Source: Patescibacteria group bacterium
Lineage (GTDB): Bacteria; Patescibacteriota; Patescibacteriia; PEXW01
NCBI GenBank assembly: GCA_041665345.1
Contig: JBAYJA010000004.1
Location: 114,122 to 161,294, forward strand
Direction of reading: 5' to 3'
Length of the DNA: 47,173 nucleotides
The notes beneath the pieces were generated by a model, which was given only the letters and a program-made list of their open reading frames with translations, was not told the DNA's origin and searched no databases. The translations under genes were made by a program, and so were the position numbers. Shown piece by piece: positions 15,562 through 22,549 of the stretch (positions are counted from its first letter, which is position 1; every line of letters begins with the position of its first letter).

Positions 15562-16482
15562 CTACTCCCCCTTCGCTGCCAAAAACTTCTCTGCGTCCAG
15601 CATAGCCATGATACCCCAGCCAGCCGCAACCCCAGCTTGGCGGTAGCGCGGGTCTTGCACATCACCAGCCGCAAAAACCCCAGGCACGGAAGTATTGGTG
15701 TAGTTCGATACCACCATGAACCCATGGCTATCCGTCTGCACCTGGCCTTGGAAAATGGTGGTCGCTGGCACGTGACCAATTGCCAAGAATAACCCTTGGC
15801 AGGTAAAGTCTGATTCCTCTCCGGTTTTTGTATCTTTGAGCTTAAGCCCGGTAACGACATTTTCACCCAGCACATCGGTGATGCCCTTGTTCCAGAGTAC
15901 GGTGATTTTTGCATTGTTCAGCACACGCTGCTGCATAATCTTACTGGCATTGAAGGTGTCTTTGCGGTGGACGATGGTCACCTTGCTGGCAAACTTGGTG
16001 AGGAAGTTTGCTTCTTCCATGGCTGAGTCACCGCCGCCCACAATTGCCACTTCCTTGCCCTTGAAGAAAAATCCATCGCAGGTGGCACAGGCCGAGACAC
16101 CCCGACCGCGGAGCCGCTGCTCATTGGGCAGGTTCAACCAACGGGCACTAGCGCCCGTGGCAATAATGACGGATTCGGCCTGGTGCTCTTGGTCACCCAC
16201 CCAAACTTTGAACGGTTGGTTTGTGAAATCCACCTTGGTTGCATCGCCGTCCACAAAAGTTGTGCCAAAGCTCTCGGCCTGCTTCCGCATGACTTGCATA
16301 AGCTCTGGACCTTGGATGCTGGGTACACCGGGGTAATTTTCCACTTCCGTGGTGTCCATTAGCTGGCCACCAGGCTTGCTGCCAGAAATGACCACGGGTT
16401 TGAGATCAGCGCGGGATGCGTAAATGGCGGCGGAAAGACCTGCTGGGCCGGAACCGATGATGAGAAGTTTATGGGGATTCAT
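15562..16482 (-). CDS. trxB: thioredoxin-disulfide reductase
   Basis: GSGPAG FAD motif, redox-active CATCDG, and GGGDSAMEEA NADPH motif. Confidence 0.95.
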   Translation of the reverse strand: MNPHKLLIIGSGPAGLSAAIYASRADLKPVVISGSKPGGQLMDTTEVENYPGVPSIQGPELMQVMRKQAESFGTTFVDGDATKVDFTNQPFKVWVGDQEHQAESVIIATGASARWLNLPNEQRLRGRGVSACATCDGFFFKGKEVAIVGGGDSAMEEANFLTKFASKVTIVHRKDTFNASKIMQQRVLNNAKITVLWNKGITDVLGENVVTGLKLKDTKTGEESDFTCQGLFLAIGHVPATTIFQGQVQTDSHGFMVVSNYTNTSVPGVFAAGDVQDPRYRQAGVAAGWGIMAMLDAEKFLAAKGE

Positions 16483-17144
16483 AAAGATAACGTTGCTTGG
16501 GGTTTGATAGTAAAACGACGAAGATCATTTTCAACAAAAACCCGTTGGATATCGGTACTCGCGATCATCGTCGGAACAGGCTTCGTTGATTCTGCCGCAT
16601 CTATTGCTGGAATTGAAAAGCCGATGTACTCAATAAGTTTCTTTCCACGATTTCGAACCCAGTCAATGGCAGGGACAAGATCTGTGTCTGAGCTCACGAC
16701 AATTGCAACGTCATACCTATTATCAACCGCTCCTACAATAAGATCAGTTGCAAGCTTCACGTCTATACCTTTCTCTCGACTTCGCGTAAATTCAATTTTT
16801 TCTACACCTAGTTTCAAAAGACGCTTATAGTCCTTTACACGCGTATCAATAGTGAGCCGTTCTGTACGTATCCGAAGTTTGCTTGTCTGAATTTGCCACC
16901 CTGTCTTTTGAAGTACTGTAAAAAGCTGCGTTTGCCTGGACATCGCTTCTATAGTTTTTGGATTTTTTACGTCTTCACGAACAGTGCCAATGTAGTAGCG
17001 CTTCCCTAATGAAGTAATCACGCGCTCACCTGCAAGAAATATGGAAAATTTTTCAAAGTCAAAATCACGCTCTTTCAGTCCAAGCGGCTTTAACGCGCGA
17101 TGGTAGAAATTTCCAGCGTCAATAAAAATTTGTACTCGTTGCAT
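16479..17144 (-). CDS. NYN/LabA-like (PIN-related) putative RNase
   Basis: QIFIDAGNFYH, KGIDVKLATDL and VVSSDTDLVPAI. Its stop overlaps the trxB ATG (ATGA). Start at MQRVQIF (17144). Confidence 0.8.
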   Translation of the reverse strand: MQRVQIFIDAGNFYHRALKPLGLKERDFDFEKFSIFLAGERVITSLGKRYYIGTVREDVKNPKTIEAMSRQTQLFTVLQKTGWQIQTSKLRIRTERLTIDTRVKDYKRLLKLGVEKIEFTRSREKGIDVKLATDLIVGAVDNRYDVAIVVSSDTDLVPAIDWVRNRGKKLIEYIGFSIPAIDAAESTKPVPTMIASTDIQRVFVENDLRRFTIKPQATLSL

Positions 17145-17298
17145 AAATGAAGGTATAGAAACCCTGCACACTGCCCCCGGAGGGGCAGGCGCAGGGGACG
17201 TAACACTTGAAGCCTAGCGGATTGTGGGACATCTGTCAATACCACGCTTTAGCAGAGAATTCCACAAAATTTTTTATGAAAAGACATGCATCCTTCAG

Positions 17299-17454
17299 CT
17301 ATATTTCATGAGTTCGATTTTTGATCTTCTTCATATTTTCAAATCTTTGCGCATCGGGCATTCCGTTCTTTTTGCATATTTTTTCATGTTCTAGACGTTC
17401 TTCATTAGTGATGTATGATTTTTCACAAAATGTGCACTGGTAGTATGTGGGCAT
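17299..17454 (-). CDS. possible 51-aa zinc-finger protein (C-x2-C-x12-H-x3-C)
   Basis: MPTYYQCTFCEKSYITNEERLEHEKICKKNGMPDAQRFENMKKIKNRTHEI, in an otherwise ORF-free AT-rich 0.5-kb gap. No clear Shine-Dalgarno. Confidence 0.35.
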   Translation of the reverse strand: MPTYYQCTFCEKSYITNEERLEHEKICKKNGMPDAQRFENMKKIKNRTHEI

Positions 17455-17529
17455 AAAAAATTTTAGGGAATCAGCGTTTCCATAATAGCATATTCAACTA
17501 CCTGATACTGTTTAGGGTTACCACCCCTT

Positions 17530-17629
17530 CCCCTCCTTAAAAAGGAGGGGACAGAAAATGCACCGAGGCTGGTTCCGTGTTACAGCGGGATTGCCGCGTC
17601 ACTCGAGGACTCGTTCCTCGCAATGACAG
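17530..17629. repeat. palindromic intergenic element related to 453-575
   Basis: Hairpin CCCCTCCTT-AAA-AAGGAGGGG (17530-17550), followed by GACAG and, at 17619-17629, the reverse complement of CTGTCATTGCG. Confidence 0.35.
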
Positions 17630-17688
17630 ATTGATACAATACTGCAAGATCTCTAATGCTCTATACCTTTATACCTCTACACCTTCCC

Positions 17689-19665
17689 CTACTCCTCCTC
17701 CCAACTCAAAATATCGTACTGGCCAGTGGTGGGGAAAGAGGGTGGCGGGGCAAAGGTGAGGTTGGAGTCAAAGATTAAGTCACGGGTGCAGTACCCGGAA
17801 TTGTTCCAGCTGCTGCCGCAGTTGAAGAGATTGAAACCGGTCCAGGCAAAACCGTACCGCTGGTTGGTGGCAATGGAGCCAAAGGCAGTGAGCTGGGTGC
17901 GGCCACGGTACTCCTGGCAAGTGGAGGTCCCAGCCGGATTCGCGCTGATGATACAGGTGCCTGGGTTGACGCAGTTTGCCGTGGTTGCACAGGCGCGGTT
18001 CACGTTGTTGGAACAGTACCCCCGAAGCGGACTGAATAAGCACACTCGATTACTTCCAGATGGACAATTACTGTTGACCGTACATACCTGGTTGACGCTG
18101 TTCTGACAGTAGCCAACCGTAGGCGAAAGTTGGAAATTCGCATTGTTCGTGGAACTGGTGAAGCCCGCTCCATAGTATGGGCGGCCCACCCGGCCATTCT
18201 GGGCAATGAGCGCCGCGTCAATGCGAAGGTCATTTTCGCTAAAGAATCCAGCGAGAATGTTGTTCTGCGCTATGAGGCCAATCGCATCTGTGCCATCGTA
18301 CGGGGCAGTGTACGTTAGGTCATTGGTTACAAAAATATTTGCATTACCAGATGCCAAAGGCTCACGTGCGGCTACAAGCGTCACCCGAGAATTGTTGACA
18401 GAACCGTCCACCCACACATCGTCCTCAATGAAGATAATCCCATTCGTTGGTAAGTCAACCCCCAATGATGAACCGCTATTGTACGTAAAGGTAGACTGAT
18501 CTGTATCACGAGAACCAATGGAGTGACTTGACTGCGTGCAGGAAAAACCATTGGTAATGCAAGTACCAGCGCCTTGCGATGAGCAATTGAGGTTCGTGGT
18601 ACAAGTGAGATTCCCATTGCCGGAGCAGTAGTTACAGTTGCTGGTTTGCGTGCACGAGCGGTTGAAGTTGTTAGAGCAGTACCCATAGTCCCGCCAGTTA
18701 CCGCCAGAATTGTACTGGCAGCGAAGCTGGGTGTTGACCACGCGCATATCCACTTTGCCGTCCGTACGGAAGGTCACATGGTAGCCTTGCCCGCCGGAAG
18801 GCAGGAGGTGAATCCCGTTGGCCAACGCAAGAGTTTTCATGTTCTGCAGATCGACGGTGATGGCATTGAAGTCCACGCGTGGCACAGGAAATTGCCGCCC
18901 AGCCTCAAAGACATCTGGCCGAGCGGGTACTGGGTTTGGCGGAGCTTCCAGAGCGCGGAACGTGTCATTGATGGTTGAGCCAGCGCCAGTGTCCGTATCA
19001 TGCGTGTGCACGGCATATTCATCATTCCCGCTATGATCCGGGTCGTCATAGGTGGAACGGTACGACGTCACCAGATTGTGCGCCAGACCGTCAAACCGAA
19101 TACCACCATTGCTATGGATAGGACCAAAGACTTCCGTACCCACACCAAAGCGCATATCCGCATTTGCCACCACGGCCCACTGCGTAAAGGAGGGAATGCC
19201 CTGGCGGATAGTCACCGTGCGCTTGCTCCCAGGCTTGTTTGTGAGTTGACCCACAGATTGAATGGTCACCACGGTGGAACCTGATGGCGGTGGCGTAATG
19301 CTGAGGCTGAAAGTGCCAATCACATTCCCGCTCACATCTTCGTAGTTATGGACGTACGGACCAGCCGCACCAGTGCCGTCTTCAAAATCATCGGGTACGT
19401 GCGCCAGGTGCCAGCGGTAGTATTCCACTCCAGCTTCCGCAATCTGGAGCGCGCGCTCCCGATCCACCCGCTGATTGGTTGCGTTGTTCTGGGTAATGAT
19501 GAACTGCAAAGCAAGCATGCCCAGAGTAACCAGCAGCCCGGTGATAACAAGGATGCTGACGAGCATGGAACCGTGAGGGGAAGCCATACGCCGTAAGCCG
19601 TAAGCTATATGCTTATGCATTCTCTTTTTCGTATATTCGTATCTTTTTTCGTAATTCGTACGCAT
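17689..19665 (-). CDS. large PilX-like minor pilin / pilus-associated protein with Cys-rich repeats
   Basis: N-terminal hydrophobic helix followed by ALQIAEAGVEYY (PilX_N-like). Three GYCxNxxNxxCxxxxNC repeats. The start could be 19665, 19620 or 19587. Confidence 0.7.
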   Translation of the reverse strand: MRTNYEKRYEYTKKRMHKHIAYGLRRMASPHGSMLVSILVITGLLVTLGMLALQFIITQNNATNQRVDRERALQIAEAGVEYYRWHLAHVPDDFEDGTGAAGPYVHNYEDVSGNVIGTFSLSITPPPSGSTVVTIQSVGQLTNKPGSKRTVTIRQGIPSFTQWAVVANADMRFGVGTEVFGPIHSNGGIRFDGLAHNLVTSYRSTYDDPDHSGNDEYAVHTHDTDTGAGSTINDTFRALEAPPNPVPARPDVFEAGRQFPVPRVDFNAITVDLQNMKTLALANGIHLLPSGGQGYHVTFRTDGKVDMRVVNTQLRCQYNSGGNWRDYGYCSNNFNRSCTQTSNCNYCSGNGNLTCTTNLNCSSQGAGTCITNGFSCTQSSHSIGSRDTDQSTFTYNSGSSLGVDLPTNGIIFIEDDVWVDGSVNNSRVTLVAAREPLASGNANIFVTNDLTYTAPYDGTDAIGLIAQNNILAGFFSENDLRIDAALIAQNGRVGRPYYGAGFTSSTNNANFQLSPTVGYCQNSVNQVCTVNSNCPSGSNRVCLFSPLRGYCSNNVNRACATTANCVNPGTCIISANPAGTSTCQEYRGRTQLTAFGSIATNQRYGFAWTGFNLFNCGSSWNNSGYCTRDLIFDSNLTFAPPPSFPTTGQYDILSWEEE

Positions 19666-19679
19666 GTTCGTAATTCGTA
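19628..19679. repeat. six TTCGTA hexamers in three pairs
   Basis: TTCGTA at 19628, 19636, 19648, 19655, 19667 and 19674. The pairs lie about 19-20 nt apart and span the junction of two pilin genes. Confidence 0.5.
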
Positions 19680-19680
19680 T

Positions 19681-20289
19681 TTATAAATTATCCTTCAAGT
19701 TACGGAACGCAATGTTGGTTTCTAATGTCAACGTGGTCGGTGGCAAGTTTGGGTCGGTATCAATTTGGAGATTCACGTGCACCAACCGAACGTTCTGCGT
19801 GGTGACCGGCTGCGTCAGCGCCGCCTCAGAGCCAGTAAAGCTTGCATCGTAGTAGGTGAAAACAGCTTGCGCAGCATTGCGCACGTTGCTCGCCATCACC
19901 CGCACAGCTTCGCTCCCTGCTGGGTAGGTTGCCGGCGTGCCGGTGGGCTGAATGATCCCTTCACGCAATTCCGTGCCCTGCAAGAAGAAGCGTACTTGCT
20001 CACGGTCAGTATCACTGTCCACGTTCGTGTAGAAAACCAAAGATTGCGCTGCTGCGGCGTTGATGGGGTAACTGCCGTTACTCGACGTCTGCGCTTCTCG
20101 GATCAGCTTGGTCATCCGCGCCAGCGCTTCCCGAGCGGTTTCCTGCGCTTCCACCTGTGCACGATTTTGGTTCCAGGAGCGCAAGCCGCTGACCGTCAGG
20201 ACGCCCAACAGCGTCCCTACCATAGCAGTGATGCCAGCAGTGATGAGCAGTTCCATGAGGGTGAAGCCTTTTGGTGAGGTACGGCGCAT
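19681..20289 (-). CDS. prepilin-type N-terminal cleavage/methylation domain protein (pseudopilin)
   Basis: KGFTLMELLITAGITAMVGTLLG is a class III signal with Glu at +5. Confidence 0.85.
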   Translation of the reverse strand: MRRTSPKGFTLMELLITAGITAMVGTLLGVLTVSGLRSWNQNRAQVEAQETAREALARMTKLIREAQTSSNGSYPINAAAAQSLVFYTNVDSDTDREQVRFFLQGTELREGIIQPTGTPATYPAGSEAVRVMASNVRNAAQAVFTYYDASFTGSEAALTQPVTTQNVRLVHVNLQIDTDPNLPPTTLTLETNIAFRNLKDNL

Positions 20290-20292
20290 AGG

Positions 20293-22464
20293 TTAGCTTG
20301 GGCTGAGGGAGAACGTCTCTTGCTCGTTGCCATCCACATCCACATCCTGGGTAAACGGGTTGTAACCGGTTTTAGAAATTGTTACCGTGTACGTCCCAAC
20401 GCTTAGCGCATCGAAGAACGATTGGCCAGGCGGCGTGCAGCCAGAAGTGTACCCAACGGCCACATCGGAAACCCCTGGAGAAAACTGGGGGTCTGCGGTT
20501 TGCAAGAAGAGCCGATACCGTATGTAGCGCTTGGTCTGCTGCGCGGCGGCCACGGGGGTGCCACTAATGGTGTAGTACGTCCCGGCAGTACCATCTGGCC
20601 CAGCGTAGTTCCAGGTGGCGTTATCATCATTCGTGGCCAGTTGGAAACGCACACTGTCTGCACCAGTGCCCACCGGCTGGCTTTCGGGGTTCCAACTAAG
20701 GGTGACGAAGGTGCTGGGTGTCCCTGTATCAAAGCTGGAGGAGGTGAGTGTGCCCGAGCCAGCGTACGCATCCACAACTACCTGTATACTCAGGCTATCC
20801 ACGGTTGGCGTTATGCTCCCATTGCCCGTTGCCAGAGATACCCGGAACCGGAAGTCATTGCCCGTGGTGACAAAGGTATGCTCCACGCCTGGGGTCACAT
20901 CCTCAAAGTTAATGCCATTCGCCGTCAGGGCATACTGGATGGTTTCCCCATTCGCATTGTCTGAGGCCGTGAGCGTTGCGCGGACAACTTTCCCCGCCGG
21001 AATGCTCAGGGTAGAGCTCTGCGCCTGGGCTGATGCATCGTAGACTCCCGCGGTCTGCGGCAGACGCAATTCGCCCGCGCCTGTGTCCCACACCGCCGTG
21101 GTACTGGCGCCGTCCCGGTTGCTGGTGGTGCTAAAGGTTTCGCTGAGGTTTTGGGATGAACTGGATTGCGTCAGCGTCACTTGCCCACCGGTTGTCGTGG
21201 GGTCAATATTAGCATCGGCAGATTCGAACATCGTGGCATCGGTAAAGTCCGCTTGGCCAGCACCGCCAATCCAGGTGGTCTGCGCCCACGCGCCTTGGCC
21301 CGTGGTCTTGGTTTCATCGTACACGCCGCCCTGCACGCGAATGGTGGCACCGCTAATGGCCAAACCGGTATTGGCATCTTTCAGGTTCGCCAGCAGCGTT
21401 TGCGGATTATAGGTGCTGGACATAATCAAATCCAAAGCAGCGTTGGTGCCGGGAAGGACATTCAGACTCGCTGGCGGAATGAGCCCAATGAGATTTCGGC
21501 TGGTACCGCCAAGCGTGAGCTGGTAGTTGTCCCACTCCAGGTTCGCAATGTTCCGTGCGCCTGCGCCATCAGTCGTGAAATTTTGGTCAAACTCCAAAAT
21601 TGGTGTGGGTGGTGGATTGCCAATGAGCTTTTGGCCACGGAGGTTGAAGCTAATATTTCCCAAGGGCTGGCAGAGATCATCCTTCGTGGTAATTGCCAGA
21701 CTAGCTACTTGGTCAATGGCAAAGCTACTGGTAGAAATGGCGTTGGCCAAAATGGAAACATTGGGCTTGATGGGATTTGGGTTGGCGCCGGAAATGGCAA
21801 TGGTCGCGTCCGTGGTATACCCAGCTTTGCTCACCGTCACCACGTAGTCGTCAGCGTCTGGTGGGTAGCCAATGAATTGGTAGTTGCCGCTGCCATCAGT
21901 TTGGCGAGTGAGATCAATGGCTGGAACCAAGGTGCTATTTGCCAAGCGGACATCTGCATCTGCCACAGGTAAACCCGACGCATCAAAGACGCTCACGAGT
22001 AAGGAGCCGGTATTCGCCGGGGCTTCCACGCCCTGGGGCGCAATGGAAGAGGTGAGCTTCACGCTCGCCGTGGCGTTGGGCCAGGTGATTTGCACCTCAG
22101 CTTTTTTGTAGTCTGTGGGCGTGGTGTCAGCCGGGATCACCCCATCAAAGGGATCATCCACCCAGTCCACGCGGGTGGTGACGGTGAAGGCAATGTTGGA
22201 CCGAGTGATGGTCTGGGTTTGGGGAATATTTCCAGATGGCACCCCGCTCTGCGTACCCACGGCATTGAAACTCAGATTCCGAATCGTCTCTAGCTGCTCA
22301 TTCGCTAAGGCAGTGGCCAGCACGCGCATTTTGGAACGGCTCAACCGATCTGTGCTGGTAACGAACACCCCAATGACAAAAGTGAAGATCATGGCCAGAA
22401 TCGCCGTGCCCACCAAGGCTTCAATTAATCCCACACCACTTTTCAGACCCTTTTGCTTTTGCAT
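20293..22464 (-). CDS. very large prepilin-like protein (723 aa) with carboxypeptidase-regulatory-like beta-sandwich domains
   Basis: KSGVGLIEALVGTAILAMIF (Gly, then Glu at +5). Segments such as LLVSVFDASGLPVADADVRL...VTVSKAGYTT and YTVTISKTGYNP. Start moved from 22671 to the ATG at 22464. Confidence 0.75.
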   Translation of the reverse strand: MQKQKGLKSGVGLIEALVGTAILAMIFTFVIGVFVTSTDRLSRSKMRVLATALANEQLETIRNLSFNAVGTQSGVPSGNIPQTQTITRSNIAFTVTTRVDWVDDPFDGVIPADTTPTDYKKAEVQITWPNATASVKLTSSIAPQGVEAPANTGSLLVSVFDASGLPVADADVRLANSTLVPAIDLTRQTDGSGNYQFIGYPPDADDYVVTVSKAGYTTDATIAISGANPNPIKPNVSILANAISTSSFAIDQVASLAITTKDDLCQPLGNISFNLRGQKLIGNPPPTPILEFDQNFTTDGAGARNIANLEWDNYQLTLGGTSRNLIGLIPPASLNVLPGTNAALDLIMSSTYNPQTLLANLKDANTGLAISGATIRVQGGVYDETKTTGQGAWAQTTWIGGAGQADFTDATMFESADANIDPTTTGGQVTLTQSSSSQNLSETFSTTSNRDGASTTAVWDTGAGELRLPQTAGVYDASAQAQSSTLSIPAGKVVRATLTASDNANGETIQYALTANGINFEDVTPGVEHTFVTTGNDFRFRVSLATGNGSITPTVDSLSIQVVVDAYAGSGTLTSSSFDTGTPSTFVTLSWNPESQPVGTGADSVRFQLATNDDNATWNYAGPDGTAGTYYTISGTPVAAAQQTKRYIRYRLFLQTADPQFSPGVSDVAVGYTSGCTPPGQSFFDALSVGTYTVTISKTGYNPFTQDVDVDGNEQETFSLSPS

Positions 22465-22470
22465 GGGGAT

Positions 22471-22476
22471 AGTATA
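22471..22476 (-). promoter_or_regulatory. -10 hexamer TATACT placed for a leaderless pilin transcript
   Basis: Minus strand reads TATACT, then 6 nt (ATCCCC), then the ATG at 22464. No Shine-Dalgarno, and the -35 is weak. Confidence 0.35.
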
Positions 22477-22504
22477 GCGCAATTTGCTGGTTTTCTGGGA
22501 TAAC

Positions 22505-22532
22505 AAAAAAGCCGACCTTGGTAGGGGCGGCT
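22505..22532 (-). terminator. rho-independent terminator after the AAA+ gene
   Basis: AGCCG..CGGCT imperfect stem, with a T-run on the minus strand (A-run 22505-22510). Confidence 0.5.
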
Positions 22533-22549
22533 TTCTGGAATGTGCAAAA

